DNA of 53,540 bases from Deltaproteobacteria bacterium (GCA_016218805.1 JACRCW010000043.1:1-53540); one strand, 5' to 3'. Positions 39,673-50,271 are shown, counted from the stretch's first letter. Numbers and translations are program-made. The notes: generated by a model from the letters alone, not told the origin.

Positions 39673-40059
39673 GTGCCGTCACCAAGCCGGTCGCTCGAGC
39701 TTGTTCAGCAGGGTGTTGACGCCGAGTTTGCGCGCAACATCCCCCAGGCGCGCGAGTTCTACTCGGCGGCATGGCAGGCCGCAGAGGACGACTTCCAGGC
39801 GTGCGTCGCGGCGCATTACGTCGCCCATCTCTCCAGCAGTCCCGTGGACAAGCACCGCTGGAACCTGGAGGCGCTCGCGCGGGCGGAAAGGGTGCGGGAC
39901 GGCCGGGTCCAGGGTTTCTACCCATCGCTGTTCGTGAATCTGGGGCGGAGCTACGAGTTACTTGGCGACCACCAGAACGCGGCGGTCTACTACGCCCGCG
40001 CGGCTGCGCTGGGGCTTGTGCACGACCCGGGCGCCGGTGGTGGCCACGAGGAAGAATGA
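39673..40059 (+). CDS. Hypothetical TPR-like helical protein
   Basis: ACVAAHYVA...SLFVNLGRSYELLGD...A..YY.RA. Confidence 0.72.
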   Translation: MPSPSRSLELVQQGVDAEFARNIPQAREFYSAAWQAAEDDFQACVAAHYVAHLSSSPVDKHRWNLEALARAERVRDGRVQGFYPSLFVNLGRSYELLGDHQNAAVYYARAAALGLVHDPGAGGGHEEE

Positions 40060-40171
40060 CCGCGGCGCGCGCGCAAGCCGGACTTGTGGAGGCCACCGGT
40101 TTCCTACCCGCCGGGTTGCCCCACGGTCGGTCCATGCCTGGGCTGAGGACCCCGGCCGCCGCGTGGACGGG

Positions 40172-42367
40172 TCACTCCGGCAGCGGACCGGGCGGCGCGG
40201 CCGCGCCCAGCAGTCCTTCCAGGCGCGCCAGCAGCTCGTCCGGGCGGAACGGTTTGCCCATGAACACGTAGCCGTGGCGCTGGATTTCACCCAGGTGGTT
40301 CTTGTCGTCCAGGTAGCCGCTCAGCAGGATGACGGGGAGCGCCGGCTGGCGCGTGCGCAACTCATAGGCCAGCGCCACGCCGTTGCCGTCCGGCAGCACC
40401 ACGTCTGATACCAGCGCCTGGAATGCGCTTGCCGCCGCGGCCTGCACCCGGGCGTCCGCAACGTTGCGCACCAGCACCACGTCGTGTCCGGCATGCGCCA
40501 GGTAGCGCCGCAGGACCGAGCCCAGCGAGGGTTCGTCCTCCACCAGCAGCACACGCCCCCGCACGCCGCTGCGCGCTGGCGCGGCTGCGCCCGCGGCGCT
40601 GGCGGACTGGTCAGCCAGGCGCGGGAAGAACACCCGGAAGGTGGTCCCCGCGCCGGGCGCCGAATCCAGCTCCACCCGCCCGTGGGCCGCGCGCACCACC
40701 GCGTCCACCACCGCCAGCCCCAGCCCGGTGCCCTTGGTGCCCTTGGTGGTGAAGAACGGCTCAAACGCCCGCGCCCGGGTCACCGCGTCCATGCCAACGC
40801 CCGTGTCACGCACGGTCAGGCAGATCCCATCCCGCGCACCGCCAACGCGGTCCGGGCGTTCCGCGGTCTCCACGCGCAGCGTCAGGCTGCCGCCCTCCGG
40901 CATGGCGTCACGCGCGTTGAGCGCCAGGTTCAGCACCAGCTGCTCCACGCTCCCGCGGTCCGCCAGCAACGGGCAGCGCCCGTCCGGCGTCTCAATGTGC
41001 AGGTTCACGTCCTCGCCAAGCAGGCGGCCCAGCATGACCTGCATGCCCTGCAGCAGCGCGGAGAGGTCCACGGGCTCAGGCACGCCCGCCTGGCGGCGGC
41101 TGAACATGAGCAGCTGGCGCGTGAGGCGTGCGCCACGCTCGCAGGCCGAGTGGATCTCCTGCAGGTCGTCCCGCAGCGGGCTGGCCGGCGGGAGGTCATC
41201 CCGCACCACGGTGGCGGTGAGCGAAATGCTGGTGATGAGGTTGTTGAAGTCATGCGCCACCCCCCCGGCGAGCTGACCGACCACCTCCATCCGTTGGGCG
41301 TGCCGGTAGCGGTCCTCCGCCGCGGCGCGCGCCGCCTCGCCCTCCGCCCGGGACAGCACCGTGCCCAGCGCGTCCGCCAGCGGCCGCAGGTCCGCCGCCA
41401 CCGCCGCGCCGGAGACGCCCGGTGCCAGGCGCGCGCCCAGCACGCCCAGCAGGCGCGCGCGGTCCGCCACCGCCATGAGGAACAGTCCCGCCAGCGGGCA
41501 GCCCGCCGCATGGTCACTCTGGCATTGGAGGCACGCCTGGCCGTCCGGCGCATCCAGCAGTGGACGGAAGGACCCCACCGGGCAGCCCGCGCGCAGCGCG
41601 TCGGCCAGGCCATCCGCAGCTCCGCGGGAGTGCAGGTCCCTGACGCGCAGCTCATCCGGCTCCAGCACCGCCAGCGCCGCGGCCTGAAGCCGCCCGTCCT
41701 CCTCCACCAGGTGCTCCAGCGCGCCGGCCAATGTGGTGGCCACCGGCTCACCCCGCAACGCGGAGCGCAGCGTGGCGGCCACCGCGTCCCCCCGGGCCCG
41801 GCCGCGGCCGCGCGCATGCCGGTGCCGCAGGTTCTCCAGCGCCATGGAGATGCCCGCGGCAAAGCCGCGCACCGCCGGTGCGTCCTCCGGCACCACCGTG
41901 GCGGAGGCCGCGTTGATGAGGCCAATGTTGTGCCCCCCCGCCATCAGCGGCGCGTACACCGCGGGTGTCCCCGTGATGGCCGCCTTGAGCAGCCCTGCAA
42001 ACGGCCGCGCCGCCGCGGGGAGCAGCTGGTCCAGGACCACGCGCGTGTCCGGCACGAACACCGTCTCACCCTGCTCCAGCACGCGCCGGTAGACGTCCAC
42101 GCGTTCGCCGTCCACGACAAAGCCCTGCGTCCGCAGGCCGGTCAGCCGCTCCACGTGCTCAAACACCGGGTTGCGCACGGCAAAGGTGCGCACCGTCAGC
42201 TCCAGCCCCCGGCCGGTCCGCAACAGGACCGCGCCGCGCAGGCCCAGTGCGTCCAGCGAGCGGGCCACCAGATCAAACAGCGCCGCCTCGGATTCCACTT
42301 CGCCGGACAGCAGCCCGACGACAGAATGCAGCGTGGAGAGGAGATCCAGGCCCAGGCGTGATGTCAT
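40172..42367 (-). CDS. Hybrid sensor histidine kinase (GAF-like input-HK-REC)
   Basis: GGVAHDFNNL, NARDAM, DTGVGM, FFTTK, GTGLGL, VSDVVLP. Confidence 0.92.
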   Translation of the reverse strand: MTSRLGLDLLSTLHSVVGLLSGEVESEAALFDLVARSLDALGLRGAVLLRTGRGLELTVRTFAVRNPVFEHVERLTGLRTQGFVVDGERVDVYRRVLEQGETVFVPDTRVVLDQLLPAAARPFAGLLKAAITGTPAVYAPLMAGGHNIGLINAASATVVPEDAPAVRGFAAGISMALENLRHRHARGRGRARGDAVAATLRSALRGEPVATTLAGALEHLVEEDGRLQAAALAVLEPDELRVRDLHSRGAADGLADALRAGCPVGSFRPLLDAPDGQACLQCQSDHAAGCPLAGLFLMAVADRARLLGVLGARLAPGVSGAAVAADLRPLADALGTVLSRAEGEAARAAAEDRYRHAQRMEVVGQLAGGVAHDFNNLITSISLTATVVRDDLPPASPLRDDLQEIHSACERGARLTRQLLMFSRRQAGVPEPVDLSALLQGMQVMLGRLLGEDVNLHIETPDGRCPLLADRGSVEQLVLNLALNARDAMPEGGSLTLRVETAERPDRVGGARDGICLTVRDTGVGMDAVTRARAFEPFFTTKGTKGTGLGLAVVDAVVRAAHGRVELDSAPGAGTTFRVFFPRLADQSASAAGAAAPARSGVRGRVLLVEDEPSLGSVLRRYLAHAGHDVVLVRNVADARVQAAAASAFQALVSDVVLPDGNGVALAYELRTRQPALPVILLSGYLDDKNHLGEIQRHGYVFMGKPFRPDELLARLEGLLGAAAPPGPLPE

Positions 42368-42529
42368 TGGTGCTCCCAGATGAGCGCTGTACCGGTAGCA
42401 CGCCGCCCTGGCACGGTGGCATCGGGAGACGGTGTGCGGGATGTCACTGCGCACCATGGTGGCACCATGGTGCCGCCCGGTCAGCCACGCCTGGGCGGTG
42501 GGGCCGCCGCGGGCTAGTAGGAAGGCGCC

Positions 42530-43195
42530 ATGAACGTGCTGCTGAGTTGGTCATCCGGGAAGGACGCGGCGTGGTCGCTCCACGTGCTGCGGCAGCAGGG
42601 GACGCCGGTGGGCGGCCTGCTGACCACGGTCAATGACGCCTTCCAGCGCGTGGCCATGCACGCGGTGCGGGAGACGCTGCTGGAGGCGCAGGCGGCGGCC
42701 GCCGGGCTCCCGCTGCGCAAGGTCCGCATACCGTTCCCGTGCCCCAATGAAGTCTACGAGGCCGCCATGGCCGCCGCGTGCCGGGATGCGGTGGCCGAGG
42801 GCTTCACGCACGTTGCCTTTGGGGATCTGTTCCTTCCGGATGTGCGGGCGTACCGGGAGCAGAAGCTGGCGGGCACCGGGTTGCAGCCGCTGTTCCCGCT
42901 GTGGGGCCGCCCCACCGCGGCCCTGGCGCGCGAGATGATTGCCGGTGGGCTGCGCGCCACGCTCACGTGCGTGGATCCCCGCGTCCTGCCGCCGCGGTTC
43001 TGCGGCCGCGCGTTTGATGCCGCGCTGCTGGATGAACTTCCGCCCGGCGTGGACCCATGCGGCGAGCGCGGCGAGTTCCACACGTTGGCGCATGCCGGTC
43101 CCATGTTTGCGCACGCGCTGGACATCCGCGTTGGGGAGCGGGTGGAGCGGGACGGGTTTGCGTTCTCAGACGTGGTGGCGGCAACACCCGCGTAG
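42530..43195 (+). CDS. PP-loop ATP-binding protein, diphthine-ammonia ligase-like (DUF71)
   Basis: SWSSGKD, FGDLFL.DVR.YRE, DPCGERGEFHT. Confidence 0.9.
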   Translation: MNVLLSWSSGKDAAWSLHVLRQQGTPVGGLLTTVNDAFQRVAMHAVRETLLEAQAAAAGLPLRKVRIPFPCPNEVYEAAMAAACRDAVAEGFTHVAFGDLFLPDVRAYREQKLAGTGLQPLFPLWGRPTAALAREMIAGGLRATLTCVDPRVLPPRFCGRAFDAALLDELPPGVDPCGERGEFHTLAHAGPMFAHALDIRVGERVERDGFAFSDVVAATPA

Positions 43196-43411
43196 CAGCT
43201 GTGCCACCGCGGTTCAAATGGCACCGTGAATATCGGGATGGGATGCCCTGCAGCGCCCCCGGTTGGCGCCCTTGAGGGAATACTGCCTCCCGCCGACCTG
43301 AACGGCGTTTCCGCCCCTTTCCCATTCTGCCAAAGACAGCCGAAGCGTCCGCCCGGACGGGCCTCGTCACGGGAGATTCGAATCAGACGTATAATAAAGG
43401 GACGTAAAGGC

Positions 43412-44824
43412 CTACTTCCCGTCACCGGCGGGCCCCTCAATGGTCACCTGCAAACCGCCGTATTCAGACGCTCCCAGGTGGAGTTCCCATCCATGCAATG
43501 CCACCACCCGCTGGACAATGTTCATGCCCAATCCAAGCCCGTGCGGCCCGCCGTGCGCGCTCGGGCCCGCACCACGAAACCCCCGCAGGACAATCCTGGG
43601 CAGGTCCTGCGCCGGAACTCCCGGACCGTCATCCAGCACCGTGAGCTGGAAGCGTCCGGCGGAGCACGGATGCGCCATCATGGCCACGTGTCCCCCGCGG
43701 CGGTTGCAGCGAATCGCGTTCTGCACCACGTTGCCCACGGCCTGCTGCAGGAGGGTGCTGTCAGCCTGGACGATCAGGGGCGGGTCCTCCACCGCATGTT
43801 CCAGCACCACCCCCCGCTGCTGTGCCACCAGACGGTAACGCGCGGCCACCTGGACCACCACGTCAGTGAGGTCCACGGGCGATTGGTCCGCCACCATGTT
43901 CGGTGAGTCCAGGCGCGCGGCGGCCGCCAGGTTCTCGAACATCGCAGCCAAATACTGGGTTTCGTCAATCGCCGATGCCACCCGTGCCGGCGCCGGCGTT
44001 TCGCCCCGCGCCGCGCTCTCGGCAATGGCGGCCAGCTCGCCCTGGAGCGCGGCAAGGGGCGTCCTGACGTCATGCGTCGTGTTCTCCATGAATTCGCGCA
44101 GCACGCGCTCCTGCTGCTCCCGGTGGGCCATGTGCTCGCGCACCGTCCCGGAGGCGGCAGCGAACGCCCGCGCCACCTCGGTGATCTCGTCGGACCCATC
44201 CACGTGGATGGGCAGGGTGAATCCCTGCTTTCCGGAAGCACCAACCTCGCCGGCCAGGCGCCGGATGCGCCGCACCGGCGCTCCCATGCCCAGCAGCACT
44301 GCGAGCCCCAGCACCACGAGCACCGGCACGCCCACGTGCAAAGGCGGCATTCCCCCCCACAGCGTCCACCGAGCCGGCGGTGCCGACCGGCGCACACGCA
44401 CGTAGGCGCAAGGGCCGCTGCCCCACGGCATGCGAATCAGGGATTCCATGACGGTGGGGTTCTCCGACCACTTCCACTGGTGGGCGGTGTCGCCCCCGTT
44501 GCGCTCCAGGCGCTCCCGCAACGCGGCATCCAGCGGCGGCCCGCCTTGCGGCGGGACGAGAGCGTCGTCGTAAACGGACCAATCCAAGGCCGGATCGGCA
44601 AAAGGCGCGGTTCCAGCGGGCGCCCGGGCCACCCCTGCGGCAAAGGCCAAAGGCGCTGTTTCGCAGGCCGCCCGGGCATTGCCTCCCATGAAGGACCGCG
44701 TGCGCTCCACCGTGGCGCGCTGAAATGCCTGCCGCACGTGTCCGGCCGCCAGGGAAGCGGTGGCCACCAGCCCTGCCAGGGCCACAGCGGCCACCGTGGC
44801 AACCAACCGGACGCGCAACGTCAC
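43412..44824 (-). CDS. Membrane sensor histidine kinase (HAMP-HisKA-HATPase)
   Basis: Two TM segments, DEI HAMP, THDVRTPL, DDGPG, GLGLG; GTGA overlap with the response regulator. Confidence 0.9.
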   Translation of the reverse strand: MTLRVRLVATVAAVALAGLVATASLAAGHVRQAFQRATVERTRSFMGGNARAACETAPLAFAAGVARAPAGTAPFADPALDWSVYDDALVPPQGGPPLDAALRERLERNGGDTAHQWKWSENPTVMESLIRMPWGSGPCAYVRVRRSAPPARWTLWGGMPPLHVGVPVLVVLGLAVLLGMGAPVRRIRRLAGEVGASGKQGFTLPIHVDGSDEITEVARAFAAASGTVREHMAHREQQERVLREFMENTTHDVRTPLAALQGELAAIAESAARGETPAPARVASAIDETQYLAAMFENLAAAARLDSPNMVADQSPVDLTDVVVQVAARYRLVAQQRGVVLEHAVEDPPLIVQADSTLLQQAVGNVVQNAIRCNRRGGHVAMMAHPCSAGRFQLTVLDDGPGVPAQDLPRIVLRGFRGAGPSAHGGPHGLGLGMNIVQRVVALHGWELHLGASEYGGLQVTIEGPAGDGK

Positions 44825-45492
44825 GACGTCACGCTCCCGCGAAAGCGATACCCAATGCCAAACACCGTCTCGATGATGCCCTGGTCGCCCAGCTTCTTGC
44901 GCAGGCGCGAAACGTGGACGTCCAGCGTTCGCGCGCCACCTGCGCGGTGGGGGTCCAGGTGGTTGTCCACCAGCCACCCACGCGTGACGGCTTGTCCGGG
45001 CCGCACGGCCAGCGCCGCCAGGATGCCAAACTCAACGGCCGTGAGGTGCACCGGCTCGCCGTTGAAGTGAACCGCGGCGGCCTCCAGATCAATGCGCAAC
45101 GGACCCGCCTCAATGGGTCCAGGCCGGCGCAGCAGGGGCCGGCGGAGGCGCGCGTCCACCCGCGCGAGGAGTTCATCCGGCCAGAATGGCTTGCTGACAA
45201 AGTCATCAGCCCCCAGGCGCAATGCGCGGGTTTTGTAGGAGCTGTCCGTGCGGGCGCTGAGGACAAGCACCGGAACCTCCGAGAAACAGCGTACATCCTT
45301 CAAGATGTCCAATCCGTCGGTGCCCGGCAGCGTCAGATCAAGCACAACAAGCTGGACGGAGGACGCCGTGTGCGGGTCGATCAGGCATCCTTCGGTCCAC
45401 CAGGTCACCGCATACCCGGCCCGCTGCAGGTGGTCCGCGACCTGCCGGCCCACGGTCGCATCATCCTCGATGAGAAGCACGTGCTGGCGCAT
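44821..45492 (-). CDS. OmpR/PhoB family response regulator
   Basis: LLIEDD, LDLTLP, KPF, RTLDVHVSRLRKKLG, ETVFGIGYRF. Confidence 0.94.
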   Translation of the reverse strand: MRQHVLLIEDDATVGRQVADHLQRAGYAVTWWTEGCLIDPHTASSVQLVVLDLTLPGTDGLDILKDVRCFSEVPVLVLSARTDSSYKTRALRLGADDFVSKPFWPDELLARVDARLRRPLLRRPGPIEAGPLRIDLEAAAVHFNGEPVHLTAVEFGILAALAVRPGQAVTRGWLVDNHLDPHRAGGARTLDVHVSRLRKKLGDQGIIETVFGIGYRFRGSVTS

Positions 45493-45562
45493 GAGTTGAC
45501 TCTGTCCGCTCCCACCAGGCCACCAGGTCCCCTGGCATCCCTGGGCAGCATACCGTCAAAGT

Positions 45563-45579
45563 CTTAAGGAGGACTTAAG
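45563..45579. promoter_or_regulatory. Putative OmpR-family binding site, CTTAAG-N5-CTTAAG
   Basis: cttaag gagga cttaag (11-bp period) in the divergent intergenic region. Confidence 0.6.
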
Positions 45580-45688
45580 GTGTCCCGCGTAGCGTGGAGC
45601 GTCAACCCGAACACGCCGGGCGGACCGGTTGGCTGGGCTGCTGGCATGTTCTCAATGCGTGGACGCTCCCACGCGCAAAGAGGCGCGC

Positions 45689-48203
45689 ATGCACCAACGA
45701 CAAGTGAACGACTTGCTGTGTTCCCTGCTGGTTGTGCTGGGGGGCGTTTCCTGCACCGCGCGGTCCACGGGTGATTCGCCCAGTTCCTCCACGTCCGCCG
45801 GCGGCGTGGCGTCTTCCAGCGGGAGTCTGGTCGCCTCGGGAGACAGCCACGGCGGCCCGGCGTCCTCCGGCGCTGCCACCTCGGCGGGCAGCAGCAACCT
45901 GTCAGGCGGTGGGCTCAGCCCCATTGAACAGCGGATCGCTGAGCTTGCCGCGCCCTACGTGGACCCAACCGGTTCCACCGGAAAAGCCATTGGGCTTGTT
46001 GTCGGCGTATCCACGGGAACCACCCGGACCATCCTCGGCTTCGGTGCGCGGACCATCCACGGGGCAGTGGCACGGCCCGAACGACATCTTTGAGATTGGG
46101 TCCGTCACCAAGGTGTTCACGGGCTACCTCCTGGCGCGCGCGCTTGAGCAGGGCGCCGTCAGCCTGGATGACACGCTGGATGCCCACTTTCCCGGCGGCG
46201 CTCCCAGCTTCAACGGCCGGTCCATTGCCCTGATTGACCTCGCCACGCACACGTCCGGGCTCCCGGACTACCCCGGAAACATGCACTCCAGTGACCCGGC
46301 CAATCCGGGCGCGGGATACACCCAGCAGGACCTGGACGCGTTCATGGCGGCGTACCCGCTCACTGTCGAACCCGGCTCAACCTACCGCTACTCCAATCTC
46401 GGGGCGGGCACATTGGGCCACGTCCTGGTCCGCACCACCATGACCGCAGACTACGAGGCGCTTGTCCGGCAGGTCATCGCGGACCCGCTGCAGATGAACG
46501 ACACCCGGACCGTGCTGCTTCCCGCGCAGGAGCCCCGGCGCCTGCAAGGCTACCGGAATGGCCAACCGTCGCCGCGCCTGGACATTGGCGAGCCGCTGGC
46601 TGGTGGCGGGCTGCTGCGGTCCACGGCGCTGGACATGCTGACGTTCCTGGATGCGGCCCTGGGCGTTGGCCCGGCGCAGGCCGTCACCACGTGGGGGACC
46701 ACCCTCCTCCCGCGGCGGCAAAGTCCCCACGGCACCAACGGAGAGACGGGTCTGCTCATCAACATTGAGGATCACGCCGGCGGACGCCTGTACTCCAAGA
46801 ACGGGGGAACCCCCGGCTTCAGTTCGCAGATCACGCTGATGACCAACCCCCGCATTGCGGTGGTGCTCCTGGCCAACACCAACGGAACACAAGGGTTGAT
46901 GGAACTGGGCACCGCCTTGGTGGACCTGCTGAGGAGCGGCGGCGGCGGTTCGTCGTCTTCGGCGGGCGGCGCCACGTCTTTGGCGGGCACCGCGTGTGTC
47001 CCGGGCCGCCAGGTGCCATGCGCCTGCATGGGCGGAGCCCAGGGGGTCCAGGTGTGCCGGAATGATGGGAGCGGGTTTGATGCGTGCGTGTGCGGCACCG
47101 CGTCCTCCAGTGCGTCACCGGGGGGTGGGTCGGGATCCTCCGCAGCGGGTGCCACGTCGTCGTCCGCGTCTTCAGGGGCTTCCGGCCAATCCGGCATCAT
47201 TGACACGGTGGTGTCGCTGGATGCGTGCAAGCAACTGAGTCACCGCTGTCAGGCGGGCGACCCAGCGTCCTGCGGCACGTGCCAGTACCGGGTGCGGTAC
47301 AATGCGCAAGCGTGTTCGGCCAGCCAGCCGTGCGACAACCTGCTGCTGTACTGGTCTTTCATGGTCTGTGACGGCGCCAGCGTCCAGGGCATGCTTGATG
47401 GCGTGCTGGCCGCACACCCCAACTACATCACAGCGTGCGTCCAACCGTTGTATCCGGGCGAGATGATGCCGGTATCCCTGGGCGCTCCCGGGCGGGAGGC
47501 GCAGGTGGTTGGCGCGTTGTTCAGCGCGCTCAAGGATGCGCCCAACGCCGTTTGGACCGGCAAGAACCTCCTGCACGCGGGTTGCAGCTACGCCGCCTCG
47601 CGGTACCCCGTGGTGGCCGCGAGGTACCCCGACGACGCGCAGTGGCTGGGGAGCATGAAGAGCGCCGCCTGCTTCTCGGATGGAGTCGTCTCGGTCACCT
47701 ACCAGGACAGCTACGTGGGCCAGGGTATCGCCGCGGGGGGGGCGCAGTGCCAGGAGCGGCATGATCGCATTGCCGAGGCCTACACCGTCCTGGCTCCAAC
47801 CACCGGCCATGCATGCTCGGCGAGCCCGCAGGCGCAGTGCGCGTGCGATCCCAATCATGCCGTAAGGTCCTATCCCAATGACTGCGGGGGCGGTGATTGC
47901 GCGCTGTTTGATTCCATCGTGAGGCCCGCGGGCACCGGGTTCTCGCTGGCGCCGGGAGTGACAGCCGGCAGCTTTGCCGTCCCCAACTGGCGGATCATTT
48001 CCGAGGGCGACAGCTTCCGCACCACCAGCGACCGTTGCGCCCGCGACGTGGTGCCGGAGGCGCCCTTCAAGACGTTGTGTGATTCCCTGGAGGCCGACGC
48101 CGCTCGGACCTGCTCCTTTGTGGCGCGTCCCACCGCGGCACATTGCACGGATTTCCTCCAGAACATTGGAGCGCTGTGTGTGGACTGGTTTGACGCGCTG
48201 TGA
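45689..48203 (+). pseudogene. Serine hydrolase (class C beta-lactamase-like) lipoprotein fused to a Cys-rich domain, split by a frameshift near 46075
   Basis: Frame A has the signal peptide/GVSC and IGLVVGV, stopping at 46093. Frame B continues with FEIGSVTK (SxxK), LATHTSGL, YSN and KNGGTPGF. Confidence 0.78.
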
Positions 48204-48250
48204 AGCGACAGGTGGGGGCGCACGGGGGGGATGAAGCATGAACCATGTCG

Positions 48251-48964
48251 TCAGAGGGAAGTAGTCAGGCGCACCAGCCACTCGGGTGCGGCGCGGGTTG
48301 CCCACCGCTCCACGGTCTTGTCTGCGCCGACGAGGATGGCGACGCCCAACGCGGCCATGGCCCACCCCATGGCGCGCTGCCCCGCGTCCCCCAGCGCCAG
48401 CAGGCGGCCGCGCCAGCGGGACAGCAACGTGCGGGACAACGCGCCGACGACCAGCAGCGGCAGTGCCGCACCGATGCCGAACGCCACCATGGATGCCGCA
48501 ACGTACGCCGTGCTTCCGCCCTGGCTGGCAAGCGACACGGCGCTTCCGAGCGTCGGGCCGATGCACGGGCTCCAGACCAAGCCAAGGAGCAGCCCGACAA
48601 CAAACTGGCCGTGCCAGCCTTGGGGCTGGAGGCGCCCGAGGAGTGAGCCGCCGACGCCAGCCGCTCCGGCAAGCCTGGCACTGAACCGGTGGTGCAGTGA
48701 CGGCGACGCCATCAGCACTCCAAAGACCAACATGGCCCCCGCTGCCACGGCTTGGACCGCCGACTGCTCCAGGCCGACGATCGTACCGAGCGTGGCCACG
48801 AAGGTCCCCACCACGGAGAACGACGCGGCGAGGCCAACCGCCAGTGCCGCCGGTCCAAACTGATGCGTCGCCGCCGCTGCCCCGACCAGAACCGGAGCGA
48901 GCGGCAGGACGCACGGCGAGAGGGACGTGAGCGCGCCGGCAAGGAAGACGAGGACGAGGGACAT
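48251..48964 (-). CDS. ccdA: Cytochrome c biogenesis CcdA/DsbD-beta family protein
   Basis: LSPCVLP and WSPCIGP transmembrane cysteines. Confidence 0.9.
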   Translation of the reverse strand: MSLVLVFLAGALTSLSPCVLPLAPVLVGAAAATHQFGPAALAVGLAASFSVVGTFVATLGTIVGLEQSAVQAVAAGAMLVFGVLMASPSLHHRFSARLAGAAGVGGSLLGRLQPQGWHGQFVVGLLLGLVWSPCIGPTLGSAVSLASQGGSTAYVAASMVAFGIGAALPLLVVGALSRTLLSRWRGRLLALGDAGQRAMGWAMAALGVAILVGADKTVERWATRAAPEWLVRLTTSL

Positions 48965-48997
48965 GGGCGGCCTTTGTGAACACAGGAGGGGAAGCGG

Positions 48998-49360
48998 TCA
49001 CAGGGCGCGTCGGAGCAGCGCGGCCAGGCGCTGTGGATCGGCATCACCGACGGTCCGGCCCATTTCCTTGCCAGCCTTGAAGACGATGAGCGTGCTCTGT
49101 GAGTTGGCCTTGAGGGACCTGGCCATGTCCCTCTGTCCATCGAAGTCCAGGCGAAGCAGCGTCAACGAGGCGAACTCGGGTTCTGCAAGGATGTCCTTGA
49201 GCGCGGTGTCCTGCGCGCGGCACGTCGGGCACCAATCCGCCGCGACCAGGACGACGACGGGCTGGCCATTCTTCTGCAAGGCGTCGAAACCCGCCGTATC
49301 AAACGCCCTGGTGGCAGGGGTTGCCGAAAGAGCAGCTGCGAGAATGAGCGTGTTCAGCAT
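48998..49360 (-). CDS. Exported thioredoxin family protein
   Basis: Signal-like N-terminus, ADWCPTC, QSTLIVFK. Confidence 0.9.
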   Translation of the reverse strand: MLNTLILAAALSATPATRAFDTAGFDALQKNGQPVVVLVAADWCPTCRAQDTALKDILAEPEFASLTLLRLDFDGQRDMARSLKANSQSTLIVFKAGKEMGRTVGDADPQRLAALLRRAL

Positions 49361-49388
49361 GTGGTGGCTCCGTTGTTTCGGGTTGGTG

Positions 49389-49417
49389 CATCGTCCCTGC
49401 GGCGTGGCCGGCGTTAC
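49389..49417 (-). promoter_or_regulatory. Putative ECF promoter GTAACG-N16-GACGATG upstream of thioredoxin-ccdA
   Basis: Minus-strand copy with the same spacing. Confidence 0.7.
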
Positions 49418-49890
49418 TCGCGGATCCCGGGTCGTTTTGAACCGCGTGACGGCCGAACGTGCGCGACGACGGCGGCGAGCGTTTCCGGACGTTCCAACTC
49501 GGATTCGTCGACCAGGAGTGTTGCCGCCCGCACGTAGGCGCTCGACGATCGCGTCCCCGCCGACGCGATGCGAAGACGCGCCCCCGCAAGCACGGCGAGC
49601 GACGCGGGCATGATGATCGGAACGCCCGCAAGGCGGGGCACGGCCTCAATCAGCCGCTCCGCCAGATCGAGCCCGTTGACGGCGTTGCCTGCCTCGTCCG
49701 TATGAGCGTGGAAGGGAACGACCAGGACGTCCGTGGTGCGCCCCCGCACTGCCCGGATGACCTGTTCGTCCGTCGCGCCTCCCGGGATGATGTCCTGCTC
49801 ATCCACGGGCAGGCCGGCTTTCTCCAGCAGGGCCAGCACGCGTGTCCGGATGAGGGGCCCGTATGGGCGGAGGATGGTGACGTGTGCCAT
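49414..49890 (-). CDS. Hypothetical alpha/beta protein
   Basis: MAHVTILRPY start; DVLVVPFH...NGLDL...VPIIMP weakly resembles a receiver fold. Confidence 0.65.
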   Translation of the reverse strand: MAHVTILRPYGPLIRTRVLALLEKAGLPVDEQDIIPGGATDEQVIRAVRGRTTDVLVVPFHAHTDEAGNAVNGLDLAERLIEAVPRLAGVPIIMPASLAVLAGARLRIASAGTRSSSAYVRAATLLVDESELERPETLAAVVAHVRPSRGSKRPGIRE

Positions 49891-49898
49891 GTCCTTCA

Positions 49899-49923
49899 GT
49901 CCGGCAGAAGCTGATCCCGTTAC
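49899..49923 (-). promoter_or_regulatory. Putative ECF promoter GTAACG-N16-GAC upstream of the hypothetical gene
   Basis: Minus-strand copy with the same spacing, ending 8 nt before the ATG. Confidence 0.6.
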
Positions 49924-50096
49924 ACCCTGGCGAAGCACCCACCGCCATTTCCGGTTGGTCACGGGACCGTGAGGGGATTCCCGGTGGCGCGTCACGGTGC
50001 TGCGCGGCCATCAGTCATGGTGTCCCATGTCGGGAAGCCGCCTTGACTGGTGCGCTGATGCGTGGGCGACACAGGTGGGTTGTTCGCGGATCAGGC

Positions 50097-50125
50097 GTAA
50101 CGCTTTGCGCCGCGCGGTGACGGTA
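50097..50125 (+). promoter_or_regulatory. Putative ECF promoter GTAACG-N16-GACGGTA upstream of the sigma gene
   Basis: The motif recurs with identical spacing at three other local sites. Confidence 0.75.
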
Positions 50126-50271
50126 CTTGGTACCAGTGCGAGGTGCGGGTGCGCACTCGCGACGGGTCGACGGAACTCGGAGTGTGGACGCCGGCGCGCG
50201 GGAAACATTGAGCAACGCCGCGTTCCATGGGAGGAGCGGCCGTGACTGGCCGCCGGGAGGGTCACGGGTTG

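Noticed and set aside
43390..43395. TATAAT as a sigma-70 -10 box
   Set aside because: It lies between convergent genes with no good -35 and no sense gene downstream.
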